Made by a program: the position numbers and the translations under genes. From Burkholderiales bacterium (GTDB taxonomy: Bacteria; Pseudomonadota; Gammaproteobacteria; Burkholderiales; SG8-39): a stretch of 51,443 bases of DNA. Positions 1-12,347 of the stretch are shown in pieces. The stretch is taken from the NCBI GenBank assembly GCA_035635495.1, contig DASQAW010000382.1, positions 1-51,443 on the forward strand, in the 5' to 3' direction. The first letter of the stretch is position 1; each line of letters opens with the position of its first letter. A model generated the notes under the pieces. That model was not told where the DNA came from and searched no databases. It worked only from the letters and a program-made list of their open reading frames with translations.

Positions 1-1
1 C

Positions 2-355
<354 letters not shown>

Positions 356-365
356 GGAGAATGTG

Positions 366-1853
366 ATGAAGCGATTTTGTGCATTTCTCGCGTTGGTCCT
401 GTCTTTGGCCTTCGCGGGCGTGACGTTCGCCCAGGACAAGCCGGCGGCCACACCCGACAAGCCGGCTGCAGCCGCTCCCGACGCTAAGAAGGACGAGGCG
501 AAACCGGCGGAAGCGAAGCCCGCGCCCACCCCCAACAAGGGCGACGTCGCGTGGATGCTGACCTCCACGGCACTCGTACTGATGATGAGCGTGCCAGCGC
601 TGGCGCTGTTCTACGGCGGCATGGTGCGCTCGAAGAACGCACTGTCGATGCTGATGCAGGTGTTCGTGGTGTTCTCGCTGGTGACCGTGTTGTGGTGCAT
701 CTATGGCTACAGCCTTGCTTTCACCGAGGGCAATGCCTACTTCGGCTACCTCGATCGCCTGTTCCTGAAAGGAACCTTCGACTCGGCGAAGGGCGAGTTC
801 GCCATGGCGGCCACCTTCAGCAAGGGCGTCGTCATCCCCGAGCTGGTGTTCGTCGCTTTCCAGGCGACGTTCGCGGCGATCACCTGTTGCCTGGTCCTCG
901 GCGCCATCGCCGAGCGGGCCAAGTTCTCAGCTGTGCTCGTGTTCATCGTGCTGTGGTTCACTTTCAGCTATGCGCCGATCGCGCACATGGTGTGGTTCTG
1001 GATGGGGCCGGACGCGTACACGACCGCCAAGGTCGTCGACGAGATGAACAGCAAGGCCGGCCTCATCTGGCAGTGGGGCGCGCTCGACTTCGCGGGCGGC
1101 ACGGTCGTGCACATCAACTCCGGCGTTGCCGGCCTGGTCGGTGCCTACCTCATCGGCAAGCGCATCGGCTACGGCAAGGAAGCGATGCCGCCGCACAACC
1201 TCACGCTGACGATGATCGGCGCGGCGCTCTTGTGGACCGGCTGGTTCGGCTTCAATGCCGGTTCGGCGCTCGAGGCGAACGGCACCGCGGCGCTCGCGTT
1301 CATCAACACCTATCTAGCGACGGCCTGCGCCGTGCTCTCCTGGATTGCGGGCGAAGCCATCTTCAAGGGCAAGCCCTCGATGCTCGGCGCCGCATCGGGC
1401 GCCGTGGCGGGCCTCGTGGCGATCACGCCCGCGGCGGGCAACGTCGGCATACCCGGGGCGTTCGTCATCGGCACCGCGGCCGGACTGGTGTGCCTCTGGG
1501 GCGTGAGCGGCCTGAAGAAGCTGCTCGGCGCCGACGACTCGCTCGATGTCTTCGGCGTGCACGCCATCGGCGGGATTCTCGGCGCCCTGCTGACGGGCAT
1601 CTTCAACGATCCGTCGCTCGGCGGGCCGGGGCTGGTCGAGGACTGGGTTACCGGCAAAGTCGGCTACCCGGGCATGGGCGCGCAGCTCTGGATCCAGTTC
1701 AAGGGCGTGGTCACGACCTTCCTGTGGTCGGGCATCGTCGCCGCGGTCGCCTACAAGCTGGTCGACTGGACGATCGGCCTGCGCGTGAGCGAGGAAGACG
1801 AGCGCGAGGGTCTCGACACCGCCGCGCACGGCGAAGCTGCCTATCGCATGTAG
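366..1853 (+). CDS. amtB: Ammonium transporter AmtB
   Basis: Multi-TM Amt family sequence (LDFAGGTVVHINSG, DDSLDVFGVHAIGGILG). I chose ATG 366 (MKRFCAFLALVLSLAFAG signal peptide) over the track start at 339. The signal peptide is followed by a Pro/Ala/Lys-rich linker. Confidence 0.93.
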   Translation: MKRFCAFLALVLSLAFAGVTFAQDKPAATPDKPAAAAPDAKKDEAKPAEAKPAPTPNKGDVAWMLTSTALVLMMSVPALALFYGGMVRSKNALSMLMQVFVVFSLVTVLWCIYGYSLAFTEGNAYFGYLDRLFLKGTFDSAKGEFAMAATFSKGVVIPELVFVAFQATFAAITCCLVLGAIAERAKFSAVLVFIVLWFTFSYAPIAHMVWFWMGPDAYTTAKVVDEMNSKAGLIWQWGALDFAGGTVVHINSGVAGLVGAYLIGKRIGYGKEAMPPHNLTLTMIGAALLWTGWFGFNAGSALEANGTAALAFINTYLATACAVLSWIAGEAIFKGKPSMLGAASGAVAGLVAITPAAGNVGIPGAFVIGTAAGLVCLWGVSGLKKLLGADDSLDVFGVHAIGGILGALLTGIFNDPSLGGPGLVEDWVTGKVGYPGMGAQLWIQFKGVVTTFLWSGIVAAVAYKLVDWTIGLRVSEEDEREGLDTAAHGEAAYRM

Positions 1854-1872
1854 GCGAGGCTCGAGCCGCAAG

Positions 1873-1899
1873 AAAGGGCGCTGCGGCGCCCTTTTTTTT
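1873..1899 (+). terminator. Rho-independent terminator after amtB
   Basis: Stem GGGCGC (1876-1881) / GCGCCC (1886-1891), loop TGCG, followed by T8 (1892-1899). It starts 20 nt after the amtB stop. Confidence 0.8.
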
Positions 1900-1978
1900 G
1901 CGCCGATAGCGTTCGAGCAGGGCGAGATGCTGGGCGCGCTTGGACACGGAATAGAATTGCGGGTTTTCGAGGATCCCC

Positions 1979-2671
1979 ATGGCTTACGCAATTCCCCTGT
2001 GGACGCCACCGGCGCTGCGCATCGCGGGCAGCGGCGAGCAGTTTCCGGTGCGGCGCATCTTCTGCGTCGGACGCAACTACGCCGAGCATCAGAAAGAGAT
2101 GGGCGGCGACGGCCGCGAGCAGCCGTTCTTCTTCCTGAAGAGCGAGCATGCGCTGGTCGCGGGGGGCAGCGAGGTGCACTACCCGGCGAAGACTTCCAAC
2201 TATCACTACGAGACCGAGCTCGTCGTCGCGCTCGGCAGGGGCGGCCGGCGGATCGACGCCAGGCGCGCCAACGAGCACGTCTTCGGCTACACGGTGGGGC
2301 TCGACATGACGCGGCGCGACCTGCAGCAGTGGGGCAAGGACCACGGCCGGCCGTGGGACTTCGGCAAGAACTTCGACGAGTCGGCGCCCTGCGGCGAGCT
2401 CGCCCGGGCGGGGAAGATCGGCCATCCGTCGAAAGGCGCGATCTGGCTCAACGTCAACGGCAAACAGCGCCAGCGCGCCGATCTCGCCGACATGATCTGG
2501 TCGGTGCCCGAGCAGATCGCCTATCTGTCTGAGCACTACGGCCTCGAAGCGGGCGACGTCATCTTCACTGGCACGCCCGCCGGCGTCGGACCCGTGAAGC
2601 CGGGGGACGAGCTGCACGCGGGCATCGATGGCGTGGGCGAGCTCAAGGTGAGGATCTCCCCGGCGCTGTGA
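1979..2671 (+). CDS. Fumarylacetoacetate hydrolase (FAH) family protein, short fumarylpyruvate-hydrolase-like form
   Basis: 230-aa ORF with the FAH-fold signature (RIFCVGRNYAEHQKEMG, YHYETELVVALG, GDVIFTGTPAGVG). Its stop overlaps the next start (GTGA at 2668-2671). Confidence 0.85.
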   Translation: MAYAIPLWTPPALRIAGSGEQFPVRRIFCVGRNYAEHQKEMGGDGREQPFFFLKSEHALVAGGSEVHYPAKTSNYHYETELVVALGRGGRRIDARRANEHVFGYTVGLDMTRRDLQQWGKDHGRPWDFGKNFDESAPCGELARAGKIGHPSKGAIWLNVNGKQRQRADLADMIWSVPEQIAYLSEHYGLEAGDVIFTGTPAGVGPVKPGDELHAGIDGVGELKVRISPAL

Positions 2672-3306
2672 AGCTCTACACGTATTTCCGCAGCTCGGCC
2701 GCTTTTCGCGTGCGCATCGCGCTGAACCTCAAGGGCCTCGCCTACGAAGCGGTGTTCGTGCATCTGGCGAAGGGCGAGCACCGGCAGCCGCAGTACGCCG
2801 CGGTCAATCCGCAGGCGTTGCTGCCGACGCTCGAGCTCGACGACGGCACGCGGCTCACCCAGTCGCTCGCCATCATCGAATGGCTGGAGGAGAAGCATCC
2901 GACGCCGCCGCTGCTGCCGAAGGAGGCGATGGCTCGCGCGCGAGCGCGCTCGCTCGCCTATCTCGTCGCCTGCGAGATCCATCCGCTCAACAACCTGCGG
3001 GTGCTGCAGCACCTGAAGCGGGCCCTCGGGCAGAGCCAGGAGCAGATCGACAACTGGTATCGGCACTGGATCGCCGACGGCCTCGCCAAGCTCGAGGCCG
3101 AGCTCGCGCGCCCGGGCAGCGGGAGGTTCTGCCACGGCGATGCGCCGACCATGGCCGACTGCTGTCTCGTGCCGCAGATCTTCAATGCCAAGCGTTACCA
3201 CAGCGACCTGGCGCCGTATCCCACGACGATGCGCGTATTCGAGAACTGCATGAAGCTGGACGCCTTCGATCGCGCGCAACCGAGCCAGCAACCCGACGCG
3301 GAGTAG
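2668..3306 (+). CDS. maiA: Maleylacetoacetate/maleylpyruvate isomerase (GST zeta class)
   Basis: MKLYTYFRSSAAFRVRIALNLKGL...NPQALLPTLELDDG is a typical zeta-GST N-terminus. 212 aa with a GTG start overlapping the upstream TGA. Confidence 0.88.
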   Translation: MKLYTYFRSSAAFRVRIALNLKGLAYEAVFVHLAKGEHRQPQYAAVNPQALLPTLELDDGTRLTQSLAIIEWLEEKHPTPPLLPKEAMARARARSLAYLVACEIHPLNNLRVLQHLKRALGQSQEQIDNWYRHWIADGLAKLEAELARPGSGRFCHGDAPTMADCCLVPQIFNAKRYHSDLAPYPTTMRVFENCMKLDAFDRAQPSQQPDAE

Positions 3307-3308
3307 CA

Positions 3309-4016
3309 ATGAACCCAGCGCCATACCGCCGGCCGTACTGGAACACGCAGCCCGACTATCTCTTCCCGAAGTACGCCTCGACGGTGAAGCGCGCCCCGCT
3401 GCAGCCGCTCGTGGTGCTGCCGCACACGCTGTCGGAGGTCACGGCGCCGGTCTTCGGCCATGACGAAGTGAAGCCGGGCGACAGCGACCTCACGAAGCAG
3501 CACAAGAGCGAGCCGCTCGGCGAGCGCATCGTGGTGAGCGGGCGCGTGCTGGACGAGAACGGCAGGCCCATACCCAACCTCCTGGTCGAGATCTGGCAGG
3601 CGAACGCCGCCGGCCGCTACAACCACCGCGTCGACCAGCACGACGCACCGATCGACCCGAACTTCACCGGCGCGGGGCGATTCCTCACCGACAAGGACGG
3701 GCACTATCGCTTCATGACCATCCGCCCGGGCGAATATCCCTGGCGCAACCACCACAACGCCTGGCGGCCCGCGCACATCCATTTTTCGCTATTCGGGCAA
3801 GGCCTCATGCAGCGCCTGATCACGCAGATGTATTTCCCCGGCGATCCGCTGCTCGAGTACGACCCGATGTTCATGTGCGTCGCCGACGAGAAGGCGCGCA
3901 ACCGCCTGATCTCGGTGTTCGACTGGGAAAACACCATCCCTGAATACGCCCTCGGCTATCGGTTCGACATCGTGCTGCGCGGCCGCGAGGAGACACCGAT
4001 GGAGAACCGCCGATGA
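3309..4016 (+). CDS. pcaH: Protocatechuate 3,4-dioxygenase beta subunit
   Basis: MNPAPYRRPYWNTQPDYLFPKY...EIWQANAAGRYNH...WRPAHIHFSLFG is the canonical PcaH sequence. ATG 3309 is in frame inside track ORF 2880..4016; the upstream part of that ORF overlaps maiA and is not credible. Confidence 0.93.
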   Translation: MNPAPYRRPYWNTQPDYLFPKYASTVKRAPLQPLVVLPHTLSEVTAPVFGHDEVKPGDSDLTKQHKSEPLGERIVVSGRVLDENGRPIPNLLVEIWQANAAGRYNHRVDQHDAPIDPNFTGAGRFLTDKDGHYRFMTIRPGEYPWRNHHNAWRPAHIHFSLFGQGLMQRLITQMYFPGDPLLEYDPMFMCVADEKARNRLISVFDWENTIPEYALGYRFDIVLRGREETPMENRR

Positions 4017-4576
4017 GCCTGCGCGCCAGCACCTCGCAAACCATCGGCCCGTACCTGCGCATCGGCCTCGAGTGGATGCAGATCGAGGACCTGGCGCCGA
4101 AGGGTGTCGCCGGCGAGCGCGTCTCGCTCCGCGGTCGGGTGATCGACGGCGACGGCAAGTCGGTCAACGACGCCGCCGTCGAGATCTGGCAGGCGAACAG
4201 CCATGGCCGCTACGCGCACCCGGAGGACAAACGGGACAAGCCGCTCGAGCGGGACTTCCGCGGCTATGGCCGCTCGCTCACCGACGACAACGGCGGCTTC
4301 CGCTTCAACACCATCAAGCCGGGCCGCGTGCCGTGTCCCGACGGCAAGCTGCAGGCGCCGCATCTCACGCTGACGATTTTCATGCGCGGCCTGCTCAAGC
4401 AGCTGCAGACGCGCATCTATTTTCCCGACGATCCGGCCAACGCCGAGGACCCGGTCCTGGCTCTCGTCCCGGCCGAGCGCCGCTCGACACTGATCGCACG
4501 CCGGGGCGCCGACGGCACCCTGGAGTGGAGCGCCGTGCTCCAGGGCAGGAATGAGACGGTGTTCTTCGACTTCTAG
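4013..4576 (+). CDS. pcaG: Protocatechuate 3,4-dioxygenase alpha subunit
   Basis: 187-aa ORF (TIGPYLRIGL, EIWQANSHGRYAHPED, APHLTLTIFMRGL). ATGA overlap with the pcaH stop. Confidence 0.93.
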   Translation: MSLRASTSQTIGPYLRIGLEWMQIEDLAPKGVAGERVSLRGRVIDGDGKSVNDAAVEIWQANSHGRYAHPEDKRDKPLERDFRGYGRSLTDDNGGFRFNTIKPGRVPCPDGKLQAPHLTLTIFMRGLLKQLQTRIYFPDDPANAEDPVLALVPAERRSTLIARRGADGTLEWSAVLQGRNETVFFDF

Positions 4577-5010
4577 GTGCTGAAGCGGGCTTTCAGCTCC
4601 TCGGGAATGGTCTCGCCTTTGAGCGGCGAGCCGGGCCCATCGACATAGCGGCCCCACACCCGGGTCTCCTTGCCTTTCGCCAGCACGACGCCGTCGCTGC
4701 GCACGATCTCGTGCTCGACGACGAAGGACTTGCCGCCGAAGCGCGCGATGCGCGAGCGCACTTCGCAGCGATCGCCGTGCGCCGCGGGCGCGAGGAACTC
4801 GCACTGCGCCGCGACCAGCGGCATGGCCATGTGCTCTTCGCGCATCCATTTCGGCCCGAAGCCGGCGGCTTCGAAAAGCGCCCAGCTCGCCGCGTCGATC
4901 CAGCGGAAATAGGTCGGATAGAAGATGATGCCGGCGGGATCGCAGTCGCCCCAGTGCACCTGGCACGGCAACCGGCTGACGATCGAGTGGAACTCCGGCG
5001 CGGCGCTCAT
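4573..5010 (-). CDS. Acyl-CoA thioesterase, hotdog fold (4-hydroxybenzoyl-CoA thioesterase / YbgC family)
   Basis: 145-aa ORF with VHWGDCDPAGIIFYPTYFRWIDAA, the 4HBT-type catalytic Asp context. Its stop shares the tetranucleotide CTAG (4573-4576) with the pcaG stop. Confidence 0.8.
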   Translation of the reverse strand: MSAAPEFHSIVSRLPCQVHWGDCDPAGIIFYPTYFRWIDAASWALFEAAGFGPKWMREEHMAMPLVAAQCEFLAPAAHGDRCEVRSRIARFGGKSFVVEHEIVRSDGVVLAKGKETRVWGRYVDGPGSPLKGETIPEELKARFST

Positions 5011-5081
5011 GGGACGCGCGGATTATAAGCGCGCGATTGACACAGCCCCGGGCCTGTGGGCAGACTCCCACCATCCGCGCC

Positions 5082-5187
5082 GATTTGATGTTCAGCTTGC
5101 GGGCGCGTTACAAATCCGGCTAAAGAGACGCGTCGCACCGTGGAGGCCAAGCGGGCCCGTTTCTGCCGAAAGCTGAACGGGCTTTTC
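5082..5187 (+). promoter_or_regulatory. Structured 5' leader of metH (candidate attenuator or riboswitch, class unassigned)
   Basis: Hairpin GATTTG (5082-5087) / CAAATC (5111-5116). Its loop segment GTTCAGCTT (5090-5098) is perfectly complementary to AAGCTGAAC (5170-5178). That pairing competes with hairpin GCCCGTT (5155-5161) / AACGGGC (5176-5182), which is followed by TTTT (5183-5186) and sits 16 nt before the metH GTG. A TTGACA lies at 5037-5042. Confidence 0.3.
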
Positions 5188-5201
5188 TATTTGGAGCGTT
5201 C

Positions 5202-8915
<3,714 letters not shown>

Positions 8916-8922
8916 TTTCCGC

Positions 8923-9024
8923 ATGGGAAAAGGCGATAAACGAACGCGGCGCGGCAAGATCTACAAGGGCAGCTACGGCAAGAAGCGGCCGCAGCGCGTC
9001 AAGAAGAACAAGAAGCCGCGCTGA
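8923..9024 (+). CDS. 30S ribosomal protein bTHX (33 aa; below the ORF-track length cutoff)
   Basis: My translation is MGKGDKRTRRGKIYKGSYGKKRPQRVKKNKKPR*. It closely resembles the Thermus THX peptide as I remember it (GKGDRRTRRGKIWRGTYGK.RPRKK). The ATG is 7 nt after the metH stop, and TATAAT lies at 8911-8916. Confidence 0.8.
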   Translation: MGKGDKRTRRGKIYKGSYGKKRPQRVKKNKKPR

Positions 9025-10269
9025 TCACTCCTCGCGCCGGCCGACCGGCAGGCCGAGCGCCTTGAGCTTGCGGTAAAGGTGCGTGCGCTCGAGCCCCGAG
9101 CGCTCCGCCACGCGCGACATGCTGCCGTGCTCGCGCGCGAGCAGGTTCTCGAAATAGACCCGTTCGAATGCTTCCCGCGCCTCGCGGTAGGGGCGGTCGA
9201 GCGCGATCTCCGGCAGCGCGCCCGGCGAGCCGCGCGCGCCGAGCACGCGCTCGACGTCGTGCAGCTGGATTTCCTCCTCCAGCGTGGTGAACGCCAGATC
9301 CTTCATCACGCTTTCGAGCTCGGCGAGGTTGCCCGGCCACGAATGATGGCGCAGCGCATTGAGCGCGGCGATGGCGAGCCGGCGCGGCGGGCAGGCGCGC
9401 GCCTCGACCAGCTGCGCGAGCATGAGCGAGGCGAGATCGGGCACGTCCTCGGCGAACTCGCGCACCGCGGGCAGTTTGAGCGTCAGCTCCGCGAGCCGCA
9501 TGCACAGATCGGGATCGAACTCGTGCTTCTCGACCAGCGCGCGCACATCGAGCGGCGAAAAGCACACCACGCGCGCCTTGTACTTGTCGGCGCGCGGCAG
9601 GAGGAACTCGATGTGGCGCTGCTCGGTGCGCTCGAGGCGGCTCAAGTCCGGCAGGAAGAGCACGCCGCCCGCGGCCTTGGCGAGGAGCTCCGAAGGCGGC
9701 TCGGCGAGCATCTCGGTGCCGGCGAGGAACGGCGCGCCCGGAGCCACCAGCAGCCGGGCGAACAGGTCGGCGCGCATGCCGCGCTCGCCGCGCAGCATGA
9801 GCGGCGCGGCGAGCTGCGCCAGCTGCGCCAGGCGCTTCTTGGCATCCGCCAGGGCACCGGAGCGGCCGATGGCAGCGAGGGTGAGCTGCGGCGCGGGTGT
9901 CGCCTCCGGGTTGCGCAGCGCGCGCTTGACCGTGGCGAGCAGGCGCTGCAACGCGATCGGCTTCTCCAGGAAATCGAGCGCACCGATGCGCGTCGCCTCG
10001 ACCGCAGTCTCGATCGTGGCGTGGCCCGACATCATCACCACCGGCATGGTGAGCTGCCCGCTCGCCGCCCATTCCTTGAGCAGCGTGATGCCGTCGGTGT
10101 CCGGCATCCAGATGTCGAGCAGCACGAGATCGGGCCGCGCCCGCTCGCGCAGGCGCCGTGCGTCGCCGGCGCTCTCGGCGAGCGCCACCTGGTGGCCCTC
10201 GTCCTCCAGGATCTCGGAAAGCAGCTCGCGGATGCCTACTTCATCGTCGACGACCAGGATCTGCGCCAT
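9025..10269 (-). CDS. NtrX-like response regulator (receiver + degenerate sigma-54-activator AAA+ domain + Fis-type HTH)
   Basis: Start MAQILVVDDEVGIRELL (ATG 10269, 118 codons inside track ORF 9025..10623). Receiver motif LVLLDIWMPDTDG; C-terminal HTH SMSRVAERSGLERTHLYRKLKALG. The central domain has GERGMRAD in place of Walker A GESGTGKE. Confidence 0.85.
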   Translation of the reverse strand: MAQILVVDDEVGIRELLSEILEDEGHQVALAESAGDARRLRERARPDLVLLDIWMPDTDGITLLKEWAASGQLTMPVVMMSGHATIETAVEATRIGALDFLEKPIALQRLLATVKRALRNPEATPAPQLTLAAIGRSGALADAKKRLAQLAQLAAPLMLRGERGMRADLFARLLVAPGAPFLAGTEMLAEPPSELLAKAAGGVLFLPDLSRLERTEQRHIEFLLPRADKYKARVVCFSPLDVRALVEKHEFDPDLCMRLAELTLKLPAVREFAEDVPDLASLMLAQLVEARACPPRRLAIAALNALRHHSWPGNLAELESVMKDLAFTTLEEEIQLHDVERVLGARGSPGALPEIALDRPYREAREAFERVYFENLLAREHGSMSRVAERSGLERTHLYRKLKALGLPVGRREE

Positions 10270-10271
10270 CG

Positions 10272-12347
10272 CTAGGCGGCCTGTGCGAGCGGCAGCAGCA
10301 CGGTCACCGAGGCGCCGCGCGCCGGCTGGTTCTCGATCGCCACGCTGCCGTGGTGCTCGTCGATGATCTTCTTCACGATCGCCAGTCCCAGCCCGGTGCC
10401 GCGCGGCTTGGTGGTGACGTAAGGCTCGAAAATACGCGCCATCAGTTCCTCGGGAAAGCCGCCGCCGTTGTCGGACACCGCCAGCCGCACGCGGTCCTCG
10501 GCCAGCTCGGTGCGCACCTCGATCGCCGGCGAGCGGCCGGCGGCGCGCACGTTCTCGAGCGCGTCCTGGGCATTTTGCACGAGGTTGTGGATGACTTGAC
10601 GGATTTGCGCGCCGTCGGCCCACACCGGCGGCAACCCCGGCGCGAGCCGCTTGGTGATCGGCACGCGCGAGTTCTCGTACAAGGCGAGCACCTCGCCGGC
10701 CAGGGCATTCAGGTCGAGTCGCGTCGGCTCGGGCGCGGGCAGACGCGCGTAATCGCGGAAGTCGTCCACCATCGCCTTCAGCGCCGTCACCTGGCTCACG
10801 ATCGTGCCGGTCGAGCGGCGCAGCGTCTCGGCGTCCTCGCGCGATAGCCGCTCGCCGAGCTTCATTTCCAGGCGCTCCGCGGAGAGCTGGATCGGCGTGA
10901 GCGGGTTCTTGATTTCATGCGCCAGGCGCCGCGCCACCTCGGCCCAGGCGGTGGCGCGCTGCGCCTGGATCAGCTGGGTGATGTCGTCGAACACGAGCAC
11001 GTAGCCGCCGCCGGTCGATTGCGGCAGTCGTGCGCCGCGCGCGTGCACGGTCTTGCCGGTGCCCTTGAGCTGCAGCTCGAGCTGCCAGGGCTTGTCGCCT
11101 TGGCGGCGAAAGTGCTCGCGCATGACCTCGGCGAACGCCTCGAGTTCCGCGCCGAGGATGGTGTGCGCGCCATGGTTCGAGATGGAAAGCCCGAGCTCGT
11201 GGTCGAACACGAGCACCCCAGCCGACAGGTTGGCGAGGATGTTCTCGAGGCGCGCCTTGGCCGCCTGCATCGCGGCGCGGTTCGCCTCGAGCACCCGGCG
11301 CGCCTCGTCCAGCTGGCGTGTCATGGAGTTGAACGATTCGGTGAGCACGCCGAGCTCGTCGCGGCTCGTGACCGGCGCCTGGCGCGAATAGTCGCCGCGC
11401 GCTACCGACTGCATCGCCTGGGCGAGCGTCGCGAGCGGCTCGGCGAGCAGGCTCGATTGCGTGACGGCGACGGCGACGGCGACGAACAAGGCCATCAGCA
11501 GCGCGAAAGAGAGCGTCACGACATAGATGCGCTTCAGCCCATCGCGGGAGAGCGCCAGCTCGCGATAGTCGCGATAGGCCGCCTCGACGGCCTCGGCGTT
11601 GCGCGCCAGGTTCGCCGGCACCGGCGAGCGCAGCTGGAGGAAGCGCGCTTCGCCGGTCATGGCGAGCGGCACCAGCGGCACGATGGCCCGCAGGGCGAGC
11701 ACGCCGCCGGGCATGGCGTCGATCGTGGCATGCCCCCGCTGCATGCGCGCCTGGCGCAGGAGCGCCGCGCTCGGCAGTTGCGGCATGAGCTTGGATACGT
11801 CCTCAGAGGCGCTCGCCTGCAGCCGTCCGTTGCTGCCCACGACCAGCGCTTCCTCCGCGCCTGCCTGCTGGCGCAGGCGTTCGAGCTGCGGCACGAGCTG
11901 CGGCGCCGGCGTGTCGGCGAGCTCGAGCGCCATGGCGCGCGCCTTCGCCTGCAGCTCGACCAGCATCTGGTCGATCGCCTGCTGGCCGAGGTTCATGCCG
12001 CCCTCGAGCGCCGCATCGACCTTGACGTCGAACCAGGACTCGATCGAGCGCGTGATGAACTGCACCGACACGGCATAGACGATGAGCCCGGGCAGCAGGG
12101 CGAGCGCGGCGAAGCGCAGGAAGAGGCGCAGCGTGAGCCGCGTGCCGAATACGCGCGCGCGGTAGCGGCGCGCCATGACCAGCAGCTGATAGGTGACGAG
12201 GCCCGCCAGCAGCGCCGCCAGCGCAGCGTTGAGCGCGAGGAGGAGCGGATACTGCTGCGCGAAAAACGCCGTGTCGCTGCTCGCGGTGGCGAGGAGGAAG
12301 AGCCCCACCGCCGCCACCGCGCCACCGATGATCAGCAGGAGCTTCAT
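10272..12347 (-). CDS. NtrY-like sensor histidine kinase (TM-HAMP-PAS-HisKA-HATPase)
   Basis: H-box AHEIKNPLTPIQLSAE and the N/G boxes (NLVQNAQDA, DNGGGFP, GTGLGLAIVKKII). I chose start MKLLLIIGG at 12347, which forms an ATGA overlap with the upstream DUF4390 stop. It ends 2 nt before the regulator start. Confidence 0.88.
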   Translation of the reverse strand: MKLLLIIGGAVAAVGLFLLATASSDTAFFAQQYPLLLALNAALAALLAGLVTYQLLVMARRYRARVFGTRLTLRLFLRFAALALLPGLIVYAVSVQFITRSIESWFDVKVDAALEGGMNLGQQAIDQMLVELQAKARAMALELADTPAPQLVPQLERLRQQAGAEEALVVGSNGRLQASASEDVSKLMPQLPSAALLRQARMQRGHATIDAMPGGVLALRAIVPLVPLAMTGEARFLQLRSPVPANLARNAEAVEAAYRDYRELALSRDGLKRIYVVTLSFALLMALFVAVAVAVTQSSLLAEPLATLAQAMQSVARGDYSRQAPVTSRDELGVLTESFNSMTRQLDEARRVLEANRAAMQAAKARLENILANLSAGVLVFDHELGLSISNHGAHTILGAELEAFAEVMREHFRRQGDKPWQLELQLKGTGKTVHARGARLPQSTGGGYVLVFDDITQLIQAQRATAWAEVARRLAHEIKNPLTPIQLSAERLEMKLGERLSREDAETLRRSTGTIVSQVTALKAMVDDFRDYARLPAPEPTRLDLNALAGEVLALYENSRVPITKRLAPGLPPVWADGAQIRQVIHNLVQNAQDALENVRAAGRSPAIEVRTELAEDRVRLAVSDNGGGFPEELMARIFEPYVTTKPRGTGLGLAIVKKIIDEHHGSVAIENQPARGASVTVLLPLAQAA

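Noticed and set aside
420-540. Pro/Ala/Lys-rich repeat (DKPAATPDKPAAAAPDAKKDEAKPAEAKPAPTP) after the AmtB signal peptide, considered as a possible novel domain.
   Set aside because: It is a low-complexity linker. A similar P/A-rich spacer occurs in YidC (about 27060-27190), so it looks like a general feature of this GC-rich proteome rather than a specific element.
2880-3308. N-terminal extension of the pcaH ORF (the track ORF starts at 2880 and overlaps most of maiA).
   Set aside because: The extension is Arg/Ala-rich with no PcaH similarity. Homology begins at ATG 3309 (MNPAPYRRPYW), 2 nt after the maiA stop.
5088-5123. 11-codon mini-ORF (MFSLRARYKSG) in the metH leader as a possible attenuation leader peptide.
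   Set aside because: It has no Shine-Dalgarno sequence, and after the initiator Met it has no Met or Cys codons that would tie it to methionine supply.
5082-5201. Assigning the metH leader to the SAH or cobalamin riboswitch class.
   Set aside because: I could not find the conserved SAH core (AGGAGCGCUGC ... AACGGCGCUCAC type) or a B12 box (GCCACUG). Only generic structure is visible, so it is reported as an unclassified leader.
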